Shown: positions 39,006 through 49,058 of the stretch, one piece after another
Layout of the letters: each line of letters starts with the position of its first letter
Position numbering within the stretch: position 1 is the stretch's first letter
From: Kiritimatiellia bacterium
Lineage (GTDB): Bacteria; Verrucomicrobiota; Kiritimatiellia; RFP12; UBA1067
Reading direction: 5' to 3'
Length of the DNA stretch: 55,062 bases
Assembly: GCA_045630425.1 (NCBI GenBank)
Contig: JAZQTB010000051.1
Coordinates: 1 to 55,062, forward strand
Position numbers and translations under genes: made by a program
Notes under the pieces: model-generated
Seen by the model: the letters and a program-made list of their open reading frames with translations, nothing else
Told to the model about the DNA's origin: nothing
Databases searched by the model: none

Positions 39006-39470
39006 TCAGGCCTTGATCTTCTTGAGGACGTTGACCATCTCGATCGCGGCCTGCATGACCGAAAAGCCCTTGTTGCCCTGCTTCGTGCCGCAGCGCTCGA
39101 CCGCCTGTTCAAGGTTTTCGGCGGAAACGACGCCGTCGAGAACGGGAACGCCCGTCTTGAGCGAAATCTTGCTAAACGCCTCGGCCGTAGCGGTATTGAT
39201 AAGCTGAGCGTGGGTAGTCGCGCCCTGGACTACGGCGCCGAGACAGACGACCGCGTCTACGCCGCTCTTAGCGAGCTTATCGGCGACGATCGGGATTTCG
39301 TACGCGCCGGGAACGCGCACCAAAGTCAAATTCGACTCCTTGCCGCCCATGCGGACAAAAGCGTCGACCGCGCCCTTGACGAGCTGCTCGGTCAGAAAAC
39401 TGTTGAAGCGGCTGACGACGAGAGCGATTTTACTCCCGCCCGCTATCAGATCTCCGGTTATTTCTTTCAT
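39006..39470 (-). CDS. ribH: 6,7-dimethyl-8-ribityllumazine synthase
   Basis: SRFN, VPGAYEIP, GATTH and GNKG motifs. Confidence 0.95.
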   Translation of the reverse strand: MKEITGDLIAGGSKIALVVSRFNSFLTEQLVKGAVDAFVRMGGKESNLTLVRVPGAYEIPIVADKLAKSGVDAVVCLGAVVQGATTHAQLINTATAEAFSKISLKTGVPVLDGVVSAENLEQAVERCGTKQGNKGFSVMQAAIEMVNVLKKIKA

Positions 39471-39506
39471 TTGCCGTCCTTTTATAATTTCAAACAAATT
39501 GAATAT

Positions 39507-39536
39507 ATTTTACCAAATATATCATCACAATGTCAA
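39507..39536 (-). promoter_or_regulatory. Sigma70-type promoter of the ribH-pfp unit
   Basis: TTGACA-18 nt-TAAAAT (preceded by TGG); the -35 box overlaps the upstream stop codon. Confidence 0.65.
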
Positions 39537-40471
39537 AAACCGGGCAGATTCATCTGACCTGAAACGCAGACCTTGCGCCCCTTGGAGAGCGTCCGGTCCG
39601 ACGTATCGTAGACGACGAACTTTATTCCGTCGAATCGGCGCGCGAGTTCGGCCTTGATGTAATTCGAAACGCTCTTCACGTTACCCTTGTCGTCGTCCGA
39701 AAAACCGATCGCGACGGAGCGCCCCAGTCCGCCGGTACGCTGGAGCATGTGGAAGACGTGTTCGACGAAATCGCGTATCGCGAACTCCTTGGCGAGCTCG
39801 GGCTTCGACGCCGTCGTCGCGACGGCGAGCTTCTCCCTGTAGACGGGATCGCTGGCCATGCGCTCTTTGAATCCGTCGTACGTTACCGCCGCGTAGCGGC
39901 ACATGCCGAGATAGTAATCGAGTTCCTCTTCGTCCGTGCCGAAAGTTTCGACCTTGTCGAGAAACCTGCGGTAGCCGCGCAGATTCGACATCATCGTCTC
40001 TCGCTCCAGCGGCGTGAGGGCGTTCTCTATGAAAACGCGCACCGCCTTCTCGATGGTCGCCGGAGCGTGCCCGCGCGCCGTGACGATCGCGAATATCCGC
40101 CCTTCTATAAGCGTCTTTCGGAACGTATTGTAGCTCGGCGAAGGCCTCTCGCCGTTGGAGACTTTCGCAAGCGCCGCAAGCGTATCTTCGATAAACCTGT
40201 TCGGCTCGCCGTCATTGTCGGGATCCGCGAAATTCCTGAAGGCCTCCGCCCACCCTCCGTCGGACGGAGGGCGGTAATGCTCGGTATCGGTTCTGACGAG
40301 CGCGAACGTCGACGTGGAAACCTCGACGCTTTTCCATATTCCGTCCTCGCCCTTGTGCTCCATCTTTATTTTGGTGGGCATGTGGAGGATATTGTCGTCC
40401 CAGTCGAAAATATAATATTTGAAGTCGCGCTCGGCGACCTCGTCGTTCACGTATGGAACGGGCCGCGTCAC
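39533..40471 (-). CDS. Uncharacterised HAD-superfamily-like hydrolase
   Basis: FDWDDN (motif I), IVTARGH (II), K (III) and GFSDDD (IV); GTG start overlaps the rimO stop. Confidence 0.75.
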   Translation of the reverse strand: MTRPVPYVNDEVAERDFKYYIFDWDDNILHMPTKIKMEHKGEDGIWKSVEVSTSTFALVRTDTEHYRPPSDGGWAEAFRNFADPDNDGEPNRFIEDTLAALAKVSNGERPSPSYNTFRKTLIEGRIFAIVTARGHAPATIEKAVRVFIENALTPLERETMMSNLRGYRRFLDKVETFGTDEEELDYYLGMCRYAAVTYDGFKERMASDPVYREKLAVATTASKPELAKEFAIRDFVEHVFHMLQRTGGLGRSVAIGFSDDDKGNVKSVSNYIKAELARRFDGIKFVVYDTSDRTLSKGRKVCVSGQMNLPGF

Positions 40472-41721
40472 AGAGCGTCCCCTTCGAAATCGAACCCGTC
40501 CACCCGCTCCAAACGGACGCGGCAGAAATCTCCGACGGCGAGACGGCGCGCCTTCGGCGAATCGAGAAGATAGACGACGCCGTCGACGTCGGGAGCCTGG
40601 GAACGCATCCGCGCTACGCCGGGGGCGACCACGAGAGCCTCGTGCTCCTCGCCCAGCATCCTCCCGGATTTCATCCTCCAGAGTTTCTTCGCCTCGTCCA
40701 TTACGATCCGCTCGCGCTCTTCGGCGACCTTGCGCGAAGGCCTTCCGGACATCTTCGCCGCTTTCGTGCCCTTCTCGGGACTGAACGCGAACGCGCCGAG
40801 ACGGTCGAACTGCATCCGCCTTAAATCCGCGAGAAGTTCGTTGAAACGGGCCTCGGTCTCGCCGGGAAACCCCGTCATCACGGTCGTGCGCAGCGTGATT
40901 CCGGGAACGGCGTCGCGCAGAACCTCCGCCGCGACGCGCGACGCGTCGACGGCGCCCTTGCGGTTCATCTTGACGAGAACTTCGGCAACCGTATGCTGCA
41001 GCGGCACATCGACGTATTTGACGGCGTGCTTGGCGTTGTTGAGCCAATCAATGAACTCTTCGGTGATCTCGCTCGGATAGCTGTAAAGAACGCGTATCCA
41101 GAAATCGCCCTTCAGAGCGTCGAGCTTCCAGAGAAGATCGCTTAGGCGCGTTTTATCCTTGAAGTCGCACCCGTAAAGCATGGGATCCTGAGCGACGATG
41201 TTGAGTTCGCGGCATCCGCTTTTGATAAGAGCTCTGGCTTCGCGGAGAATATCGGCCATCGGACGCGAACGGAACCTGCCGCGAATTCCCGGAATGGCGC
41301 AGTAGGCGCATCTGTGGTTGCAGCCCTCGGCGATTTTGAGGTACGCGAACGCCTTTCCCGTAAAGCGCAGTTCAGGCATTTTCGGCTCGATCCATTCCGA
41401 CGGGACCCCCTGCCACACGTCAACGCCCGGAAACTTCGATTTCGCCTTGGGATAACGCTGCGGATAACATCCCGTTACGACGACCTTGCCGAAATTTCCC
41501 TTGTTCTTTAGAGCGACGGCACGCATGATCTCGCTCTCGGCCTCTTCGCGGGCCGAAGCGATAAATGAACACGTATTGACGATCACGACGTCGGCGCGAT
41601 CGGGATCCGAAGAAAGAACGCATCCGTCTTTCAGAAGATTGCCCGCCATGACCTGAAGATCGACCGCGTTCTTGGCGCAGCCGAGAGAGACGAGCGAAAG
41701 CGATGTTTTTACCTTTGCCAT
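40468..41721 (-). CDS. rimO: Ribosomal protein S12 methylthiotransferase
   Basis: LGCAKN.VD, NTCSFI, GCYPQRY, AYLKIAEGCNHRCAYCAIP and APDVDG (TRAM) motifs. Confidence 0.93.
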   Translation of the reverse strand: MAKVKTSLSLVSLGCAKNAVDLQVMAGNLLKDGCVLSSDPDRADVVIVNTCSFIASAREEAESEIMRAVALKNKGNFGKVVVTGCYPQRYPKAKSKFPGVDVWQGVPSEWIEPKMPELRFTGKAFAYLKIAEGCNHRCAYCAIPGIRGRFRSRPMADILREARALIKSGCRELNIVAQDPMLYGCDFKDKTRLSDLLWKLDALKGDFWIRVLYSYPSEITEEFIDWLNNAKHAVKYVDVPLQHTVAEVLVKMNRKGAVDASRVAAEVLRDAVPGITLRTTVMTGFPGETEARFNELLADLRRMQFDRLGAFAFSPEKGTKAAKMSGRPSRKVAEERERIVMDEAKKLWRMKSGRMLGEEHEALVVAPGVARMRSQAPDVDGVVYLLDSPKARRLAVGDFCRVRLERVDGFDFEGDAL

Positions 41722-41742
41722 ACGAGATGATCCGCCGTCCAC

Positions 41743-43020
41743 TTAAACCGTCTTTCTTATAACACGCTTGGCCTTGCCTTCGGAGCGCGGCAGAGACCCG
41801 ATCGGGAAAACGTCTCCCCTGGGGAGAAATCCGAGCCTCTCGCGAAGATGCTTCGCGACCATGTGACCCGTAACGCCCTCTTCGGCCTCGACGTTGACGG
41901 TGACGTCGGTCATTCCGTCACGCTCCTCGAGAACGATCTGAAACTCGTCCTTCACCCCGGGGATTTCCATGAGAGCCTCTTCGACCTGACGCGGATAGAA
42001 GTTGACGCCCTTGACGATAAGCATATCGTCGGTGCGGCCCGTAATCCTGTCGATCCGGAGCGAGGTGCGCCCGCAGGCGCATTTCTCGCGCGAAAGGATG
42101 CGCGAAATGTCGCGCGTGCGGTAGCGGATGATCGGCATCGCCTCGCGCGTGAGAGACGTAAATACGACCTCGCCGTATTCGCCGTCGGGAACGACTTCGC
42201 CCGTGACGGGATCGATGATTTCGGTAATGTACTGATCTTCCCAGACGTGAATGCCGTTATGAGCCTTGCAATCCTGGCCGGTCGTGCCGATGCCGCCCGT
42301 CTCGGTCATGCCGTAGATGTCGAAACATTCGATGTGGAGACGCTTTTCGATTCTGCGGCGCAGCTCGTCCGAGAAGGTTTCGGAGCCGAATATGCCGACT
42401 TTGAGAGACGGAATATCGAAGTCTCCGTTCGGATCGGCATCGAGCTTCTCGATAAGGCGCGGCACGTACGAGACTACGGAGCAAAAACCTTTAACGTGAA
42501 AATCGCGCATCAGCTTAATCTGACGCTCGGTATTGCCGCTTGAAGCGGGCACGCAGAAAAGATGGGCCTTGCGGCAGCCGTGATAACAGCCGAAGCCGCC
42601 GTTGAAAAGGCCGAACGTCGGCATGATCTGGAACGCGTCGCCCTTCTCGAGCCCCGCCATCGCGTAGCAGCGGGCCATGCACTCGGCCCACTGGTTCAGA
42701 TCGTTTTTAGTGTACGCCATGACGACGGGCGTGCCGGTGGAGCCGGAGGACTGATGGAACTCCATCAGCTCCCTGCGCTCGACGCAGTTCATTTTAAGAG
42801 GATAGGCGTCGCGGAAATCGTCCTTCGTGAAAAACGGAAATTTCGGAAGATCGTCGAGAGACTTGACGTCTTCGGGAGAGGCGATGCCCTTTGCCGCGAG
42901 ACGATCGCGGTAAAACCCGTTACCCCAGACTCTGCGAAGGGATTTCTGAAGCCCCTTCAGCTGCAGGTCGGCCAATTCGTCGCGGGACAACGTTTCAGCA
43001 GTTCTGTTCCACATTCCCAT
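41743..43020 (-). CDS. paaK: Phenylacetate--CoA ligase family protein
   Basis: SSGSTG.P, DIYGMTE, IIRYRTRD and GRTDDMLIVKGVN motifs. Confidence 0.9.
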   Translation of the reverse strand: MGMWNRTAETLSRDELADLQLKGLQKSLRRVWGNGFYRDRLAAKGIASPEDVKSLDDLPKFPFFTKDDFRDAYPLKMNCVERRELMEFHQSSGSTGTPVVMAYTKNDLNQWAECMARCYAMAGLEKGDAFQIMPTFGLFNGGFGCYHGCRKAHLFCVPASSGNTERQIKLMRDFHVKGFCSVVSYVPRLIEKLDADPNGDFDIPSLKVGIFGSETFSDELRRRIEKRLHIECFDIYGMTETGGIGTTGQDCKAHNGIHVWEDQYITEIIDPVTGEVVPDGEYGEVVFTSLTREAMPIIRYRTRDISRILSREKCACGRTSLRIDRITGRTDDMLIVKGVNFYPRQVEEALMEIPGVKDEFQIVLEERDGMTDVTVNVEAEEGVTGHMVAKHLRERLGFLPRGDVFPIGSLPRSEGKAKRVIRKTV

Positions 43021-44488
43021 TTTCAGCTCCGTTTTTGTCTTTGTTTGAGAAATCGGTTAAATGACCTTTAAGATATTTCAGTCCGCGCCAATAGAACGAG
43101 ACGTCGAAAAGATTGCGCCTGAAAAGATGCCAGATCGCCATCGGCTGGAGAAATCCCCGGTAGACCTCGCGGATTGCCGCCTTAATGTCGTCTTCGGAAG
43201 CGAGCGGCGTTTTCGTGATTGCGGTGCGCTGATCGTATTCGTCCCAATCGAGAGTCGCAAGACCGTCCGTCTCTTTCAGTTCCTTGAATAGAGGAGTTCC
43301 CGGATAGGGTATCGTAAGCGTGCACTGCAAAGTCGCCGCATGACCATTTGCGAGAAGTTTTCGCGCGAGGGCTACCGTGTTGGCGATTTCGCCCGGACCT
43401 TCCCACGCGTGACCGAACATGAAAGTGAGATGTACGGCGAGCCCCGCCCTTGAAGCCCACTTAGCCCCCTTCTCGACATCCTCGACCTTAAGGGCCTTTA
43501 CGAACCTGTCCAAAGTCGGCTGATTCGCGGACTCGACCCCGAAAAGAACGAGCCTGAAACCGGCGCGGCGCATGAGGCGGTAGTCGGCATACTCGAGCCG
43601 CCCGAAGCGCATGTTGCAGTCGATGCGGACCTTGCGGTTGAGCTTGCGGCGGATCATTTCGCCGCAGAACGTCTTAAGCCACTCGCCGACGGGGAACGAC
43701 CCCGAATCGTCCATGATCTCCTTGACGCCGTACTTCTTGACGAGCGTTTCGATCTCGTCGACGACGTCGATCGGATCGCGCGTCCGGTATGTAGGATAGA
43801 GCGTAGTCCAGCTGCAGAATGTGCACTTCGCATGCCAGCAGTCGCGCCCGGACATGATGTAGGTTCCGGGCGTGCGCTTGAAGTTGCCGTTCTTCCTGGC
43901 GTAAAGCTTCCAGTTCACGAGGTCGCGGTCGATCCACGGAGCCGAATTCAGATCGTGATCGAGACGGAACGGCCCCGTCGATTTAACGGCGCCGTTCTCG
44001 CGGTACCATACGCCGGTTTCGAAAAGCGACGGATCGAAGTTTGATCTTACGAGAGTTTCGAGAAGAAAGTCCCAGTCGCCTCCGGTGAGAATATAATCGA
44101 CGGGGCAATTCTCCATCGACTCCTCGGGCATCGCGGTAACATGGTCGCCGACGAGAACGGTGCGCGGGAAAAAGGGAAGCATCTCCTTCATCCTCGCGAC
44201 CCACTTCCAGTGACGCCTGACGACGGGAGTCTTGGTCTCCATGACGACGAGATCGGGCTCGAACGATATAAGCGTCCGCTCGAATTCGTCGACCGACATC
44301 TCGGATGCGATCGCGTCGAGGAAAAGAACGTCGTGCCCCGCGTTTTTCAGCATCGTCGCCGCCGTGGCGGGCACGACCGGAAAAATGTAGGTCGGACGGG
44401 AGAACCACTGGAACTGGCGGTTCTGCGTGAGAAGAGCGACCCCCTTATCGCTCTTCAGCGGCGGATATACGATTGCGACTTTCATCAA
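42995..44488 (-). CDS. B12-binding-domain radical SAM protein
   Basis: N-terminal B12-binding-like region (VGDH), GRDCWHAKCTFC, FGVES and PYPGTPL motifs. Confidence 0.85.
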   Translation of the reverse strand: MMKVAIVYPPLKSDKGVALLTQNRQFQWFSRPTYIFPVVPATAATMLKNAGHDVLFLDAIASEMSVDEFERTLISFEPDLVVMETKTPVVRRHWKWVARMKEMLPFFPRTVLVGDHVTAMPEESMENCPVDYILTGGDWDFLLETLVRSNFDPSLFETGVWYRENGAVKSTGPFRLDHDLNSAPWIDRDLVNWKLYARKNGNFKRTPGTYIMSGRDCWHAKCTFCSWTTLYPTYRTRDPIDVVDEIETLVKKYGVKEIMDDSGSFPVGEWLKTFCGEMIRRKLNRKVRIDCNMRFGRLEYADYRLMRRAGFRLVLFGVESANQPTLDRFVKALKVEDVEKGAKWASRAGLAVHLTFMFGHAWEGPGEIANTVALARKLLANGHAATLQCTLTIPYPGTPLFKELKETDGLATLDWDEYDQRTAITKTPLASEDDIKAAIREVYRGFLQPMAIWHLFRRNLFDVSFYWRGLKYLKGHLTDFSNKDKNGAENGNVEQNC

Positions 44489-44538
44489 ATGCCATGCTCC
44501 CGTTCGGAAAAACCCCTTCTGCCGTCCTGCAGTTCATC

Positions 44539-45336
44539 TCAAAGCGGCTTCCCGATCTTGGGTACGCTCGCCATCAGAAACCTGGTGTATTCCTCTTTCG
44601 GCTTCGAGAGAACTTCCGAAGCCGCGCCCTGCTCGACGATCCTGCCTTTATTCATCACGATGATGCGGTCGGCTACATGCTGAACGACTCCGATGTCGTG
44701 GGTGATGAAGATGATGCTTAGGGAAAGTTTCCTTTTAAGTTCCGCAAGAAGGTCGAGCACCTGGGCGCGGATCGTAAGGTCGAGCGCCGAGACGGCCTCG
44801 TCGCAGATGAGAAGCTCGGGCTTCAGCGCGATCGCGCGCGCGATGCAGAGCCTTTGGCGCTGGCCGCCGGAAAACTCGTGCGGATAGCGGTCGAGAATAT
44901 CGCCCGGAAGACCCACCGACTCGAGAAGTCCGACGGCCTTCTCCCTGCGCTCCTCTTTTTTGCAGAGCCCGTGATAAACCATTCCCTCGGTGAGGATCTC
45001 CATCACCGTGTGGCGCGGATTGAGCGCCGCCTGAGGATCCTGGAAAACGACCTGGACCTTGCGGCGGTAGTCGAGAAGATCGTCGCCCTTGAGCGTCAGA
45101 ATGTTCCTGCCGTCGAGATTGATCGTTCCGCCGCACGGCCTGTTGAGCATCAGGATCGCCCGGCTCGTGGTCGACTTGCCGCACCCGGACTCTCCGACGA
45201 CGCCGAGCGTTTCGCCTCGGCGGAGATCGAAGCTCACGCCGTCGACGGCTTTGATGTAATGATCCACAAAACCGAACAGCCCCTTGCGCACGGGAAAATA
45301 AACCTTCAGATCGCGAACTTCGAGAATGTTGTCCAT
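44539..45336 (-). CDS. Oligopeptide ABC transporter ATP-binding subunit (OppF-like)
   Basis: GESGCGKST, FQDP, YPHEFSGGQRQR and CDEAVSALD motifs. Confidence 0.92.
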   Translation of the reverse strand: MDNILEVRDLKVYFPVRKGLFGFVDHYIKAVDGVSFDLRRGETLGVVGESGCGKSTTSRAILMLNRPCGGTINLDGRNILTLKGDDLLDYRRKVQVVFQDPQAALNPRHTVMEILTEGMVYHGLCKKEERREKAVGLLESVGLPGDILDRYPHEFSGGQRQRLCIARAIALKPELLICDEAVSALDLTIRAQVLDLLAELKRKLSLSIIFITHDIGVVQHVADRIIVMNKGRIVEQGAASEVLSKPKEEYTRFLMASVPKIGKPL

Positions 45337-45341
45337 AGGTG

Positions 45342-46934
45342 TCAACCTTTGAATCCGTCAAGGACCGTCTGACGGATGCGTTTAGCCGTTTTCGGATAGT
45401 CGAGAGTGTAATGAAGCCCCCTGCTCTCGCGGCGCTTGCGGGCGGAGCGCACTATAAGTTCGGCGCACACCGCGAGATTGCGCAGCTCGAGCGTATCGGG
45501 AGTTACGAGGTAACGGAAATAGTAATCGCGTATCTCACGCCTGAGGGTCTTGAGCCTGCGCGCTGCGCGGTCGAGACGCTTGTCGGTCCTCACGATGCCG
45601 ACATAGTCCCACATGAGGCGGCGGATCTCGTCCCACATGTGGGCCACGAGAACGGCCTCGTCGGGAGGAACGGCGGCCCCCGTTTTCCACGCCGGTATCT
45701 TAGGCCGTCCGCCGCGCGGGAAACTCTCCGGCTTCGGCCCGATTCTCCCCGCCGTAAGTCTCGCGCAGACGAGAGCCTCCATAAGTGAGTTGGACGCGAG
45801 ACGGTTGGCCCCGTGAAGCCCGGTCGAGGCGCACTCCCCAACGGCGGAAAGCCCGGGGATCGAAGTCTCGCCGTCCGGCGTCGCCTTTATTCCGCCGCAG
45901 GCGTAGTGTGCGGCGGGAACGACGGGTATGAGATCCTTCGCCATGTCGATGCCGTAGCTCAGACACTTCTCGTAAATGTTCGGGAAACGCTCCTTTAGAT
46001 ATCTGCGCCCCTTTTTACGGATGTCGAGATACATGCAGTCGTCGCCCGTGCGCTTCATTTCGGAGTCGATCGATCTGGCGACGACGTCGCGCGGAGCGAG
46101 CGATCCGCGCGGATCGTACTTCGTCATAAACTCGCGCCCGTGCCGGTCGACCAGAACCGCTCCTTCGCCGCGCACCGCCTCGGAAATGAGAAAACGTTTC
46201 GCCTGAGGATGGTAGAGGCAGGTCGGATGGAACTGGATGAACTCCATGTTCTCGATCTTCGCCCCGGCGCGCCACGCGAGCGCCACGCCGTCGCCCGTCG
46301 CCGAGTCGGGGTTGCAGGTGTAGAGATAGACCTTGCCGCAGCCGCCCGTGGCGAGAATCGTGTTCGGCGAGCGCACGGCGTATATCTCGCCCGTCGTCTT
46401 GTCGAGCACATACGCGCCGATGCAGCGGTTCTCGCCCTTGAGCCCGATGCGCTTTGTCATCACGAGATCGATCACCACCGTATTCTCGCGGACGTCGATG
46501 TCGGTCTTCTTCACCGAGCGGATCATGGCTGTCTCGCACTTCTCGCCCGTTATGTCGCCCGCGTGCAGAATGCGCCTCGCGCTGTGGCCGCCCTCGCGGG
46601 TGAGATCCCACGAACCGTCCTCTTTTTTGGCGAACTTCACGCCGCAGTCTATGAGATCGCCGATCGCCTCGGGCGCGTTCTCGCAGATCGTGTGAACGAC
46701 CTTGGAGTCGCCGAGCCACGCGCCCGCGATCATGGTGTCGCGGGCGTGTTTGTCGAACGTGTCGTTCGCGTCCATCACGCAGCAGATTCCGCCCTGGGCG
46801 AAATTCGTGTTGCACTCCTTAAGACGGCCTTTCGAGACGACGACGACCTTGCCGTAGCTCGCAAGATGCAGCGCGCTCATAAGCCCGGACATCCCCGTGC
46901 CGACGACGAAATAATCGCAATCAACCGTCTTCAT
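45342..46934 (-). CDS. nadB: L-aspartate oxidase
   Basis: AQGGI, REGGHS.RRILH, QFHPT, LISEAVRGEG and GLHGANRLASNSL motifs. Confidence 0.95.
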   Translation of the reverse strand: MKTVDCDYFVVGTGMSGLMSALHLASYGKVVVVSKGRLKECNTNFAQGGICCVMDANDTFDKHARDTMIAGAWLGDSKVVHTICENAPEAIGDLIDCGVKFAKKEDGSWDLTREGGHSARRILHAGDITGEKCETAMIRSVKKTDIDVRENTVVIDLVMTKRIGLKGENRCIGAYVLDKTTGEIYAVRSPNTILATGGCGKVYLYTCNPDSATGDGVALAWRAGAKIENMEFIQFHPTCLYHPQAKRFLISEAVRGEGAVLVDRHGREFMTKYDPRGSLAPRDVVARSIDSEMKRTGDDCMYLDIRKKGRRYLKERFPNIYEKCLSYGIDMAKDLIPVVPAAHYACGGIKATPDGETSIPGLSAVGECASTGLHGANRLASNSLMEALVCARLTAGRIGPKPESFPRGGRPKIPAWKTGAAVPPDEAVLVAHMWDEIRRLMWDYVGIVRTDKRLDRAARRLKTLRREIRDYYFRYLVTPDTLELRNLAVCAELIVRSARKRRESRGLHYTLDYPKTAKRIRQTVLDGFKG

Positions 46935-46945
46935 GGTTCAGGCGC

Positions 46946-47941
46946 TCACTCCCACTCGATCGTGGCGGGCGGCTTAGGTGTGATATCCCAGACGACGCGG
47001 TTGACGCCCTTCACCTTCGTGGCGATCTTCTCGGCGACCATCGAGACGAACTTGAACGGAAGTTCCACGATGCCGGCCTTGACGAACTGCGACGTAGAAA
47101 CGGCGCGGATCGCGATAACGTAACCGAACGTGCGCGCTCCGTTGACGACGCCGACGGACTTGACGTTCGTCATCACGGCGAAGAACTGCTGGGCCTTCTT
47201 GTCGAGCTTGGCCTTGGCCATCTCGTCGCGGAAGATGAAATCGGCCTTGCGGAGGATGTCGAGCTTCTCCTTCGTAAGTTCGCCGAGGCAGCGGACGGCG
47301 AGACCGGGGCCGGGGAACGGCTGACGCATGACGAGCTCTTCGGGAATGCCGAGAAGCTTGCCTACCTTGCGCACCTCATCCTTGTAAAGATACTTGACGG
47401 GCTCGACGAGACCTTCGAAACCGAGATCCTTGGGAAGGCCGCCGACGTTGTGGTGGGCCTTGACGGCCTTGTGGCCGCCCACGCCGGACTCGGCGATATC
47501 GGGGAAAATCGTACCCTGGCCCAGGAACTCGATCTTGCCGAGCTTCTTGGATTCCTCCTCAAAAACGCGGACGAACTCGGAACCGATGATTTTGCGCTTG
47601 AGTTCGGGCTCGACGACACCCTTCGTCTTGTCGAGGAAGCGCTGCTCGGCGTCCACGCAGATAAGATTGATGCCGAACTTGCCCTTGAACACCTTCTTGA
47701 TCTCTTTACCTTCGTTGAGGCGCATATAGCCGTGATCGACGAAAACGCAGGTAAGCTGCTCGCCGATCGCCTTCTGGAGAAGAACGGCGCAGACGGAGCT
47801 GTCGACGCCGCCGGACATGGCGAGAAGCACTTTCTTGTCGCCGACCTGAGCGCGGATCGCTTCGATCTCTTCTTTGATGTATTTCTTGGCGTTGAAGGTT
47901 TTGCCTACGCGCGCCAACCTTTCTTTTTCGGCTTTTGTCAT
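46946..47941 (-). CDS. guaA: GMP synthase ATP-pyrophosphatase/C-terminal part only (subunit-B-like; no GATase domain)
   Basis: SGGVDSSV, QGTI.PD, HHNVGGLP, QPFPGPGL and KPPATIEWE motifs; 331 aa with its own SD. Confidence 0.88.
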   Translation of the reverse strand: MTKAEKERLARVGKTFNAKKYIKEEIEAIRAQVGDKKVLLAMSGGVDSSVCAVLLQKAIGEQLTCVFVDHGYMRLNEGKEIKKVFKGKFGINLICVDAEQRFLDKTKGVVEPELKRKIIGSEFVRVFEEESKKLGKIEFLGQGTIFPDIAESGVGGHKAVKAHHNVGGLPKDLGFEGLVEPVKYLYKDEVRKVGKLLGIPEELVMRQPFPGPGLAVRCLGELTKEKLDILRKADFIFRDEMAKAKLDKKAQQFFAVMTNVKSVGVVNGARTFGYVIAIRAVSTSQFVKAGIVELPFKFVSMVAEKIATKVKGVNRVVWDITPKPPATIEWE

Positions 47942-47969
47942 TTTTTTGTTCCTTTATAATTCCGGAAAT

Positions 47970-49058
47970 TCACTTTATCGCGCCGAGCCTCTGCCCGCCG
48001 TACCTCTTCTCGTGGATGGGCTTCCACCACCATTCGTTCTCGAGATACCATTTTACGGTCCGGCGGATGCCCGAATCGAAATTCTCTCGCGGCTCCCAGC
48101 CCAAACCGTCCATAAGTTTCTTGGGATCGATCGCGTACCTCAGGTCGTGGCCGGGCCTGTCGGAGACGAAGTTTATGAGCTCTTCATACTTTGCGCCCGA
48201 AGAGCGGGGCTTAAGTTCATCAAGAATCAGGCAGATCGTTTTGACGACTTCCAGATTCGTCCTCTCGTTGTGGCCGCCGACGTTGTACGTCTCGCCGGGT
48301 GCGCCCTTCTCGTTCACGAGCATGAGAGCGCGGGCGTGATCGTCGACGTAAAGCCAGTCGCGAACATTCGCACCGGCGCCGTAAACGGGGAGCGGCTTCT
48401 CCCCGAGACAATTCAGAATCGTGAGCGGGATAAGCTTTTCCGGGAAATGATACGGCCCGTAATTGTTCGAGCAGTTCGTGATCAAAACCGGCAGTCCGTA
48501 CGTGTCGCTCCAGGCGCGGACGAAATGATCCGACGCCGCCTTCGACGCGCTGTACGGAGAATGGGGCGAATAAGGCGTTGACTCCGTGAAAAACCCGTCG
48601 TCGCCGAGCGAGCCGTAAACCTCGTCGGTGGAAATATGCTGAAAACGGAACGCCGACTTCGCTTCGTCAGAGAGAGCGCGCCAATATTTAAGCGCCGCCT
48701 GGAGAAGAACCGTGGTGCCGACGACGTTCGTATTCACGAATTCGCCGGGCCCGTCGATCGAACGGTCGACATGACTTTCGGCCGCGAGATGGAAAACGGT
48801 ATCGGGCTCAAACGACTGAAACGCAACATCCATAAGCGCCATGTCGCAGATGTCAGCCTTGAGAAAACCGAGCCTCCCATCGGAACTCTCGAGCGTTTCG
48901 GGGTTTAGTCCAACTTCCTTTAGCGACTCGGGGACGCCGGCGTATGTCAATTTATCGATAACGAGAACCTTTGCATCAGTCTCTTTTATAAGAAGCCGCA
49001 CAAGAGCTGAGCCGATAAAGCCCGCGCCGCCGGTAACTATACAACGCTTAGCGAACAT
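47970..49058 (-). CDS. rfbB: dTDP-glucose 4,6-dehydratase
   Basis: [31 protein letters not shown] and YSASK motifs. Confidence 0.96.
   Translation of the reverse strand: MFAKRCIVTGGAGFIGSALVRLLIKETDAKVLVIDKLTYAGVPESLKEVGLNPETLESSDGRLGFLKADICDMALMDVAFQSFEPDTVFHLAAESHVDRSIDGPGEFVNTNVVGTTVLLQAALKYWRALSDEAKSAFRFQHISTDEVYGSLGDDGFFTESTPYSPHSPYSASKAASDHFVRAWSDTYGLPVLITNCSNNYGPYHFPEKLIPLTILNCLGEKPLPVYGAGANVRDWLYVDDHARALMLVNEKGAPGETYNVGGHNERTNLEVVKTICLILDELKPRSSGAKYEELINFVSDRPGHDLRYAIDPKKLMDGLGWEPRENFDSGIRRTVKWYLENEWWWKPIHEKRYGGQRLGAIK

Noticed and set aside
24684-41047. Apparent long N-terminal extensions or fusions in the ORF track (24684-26270, 29110-31029, 33369-34394, 39533-41047)
   Set aside because: The extensions overlap upstream genes in another frame; each has a natural start overlapping the upstream stop (25652, 30075, 33698, 40471)
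29110-45336. Separated OppB-like and OppF-like genes
   Set aside because: Dispersed ABC subunits are common in genomes with mixed operons; nothing unusual in either sequence
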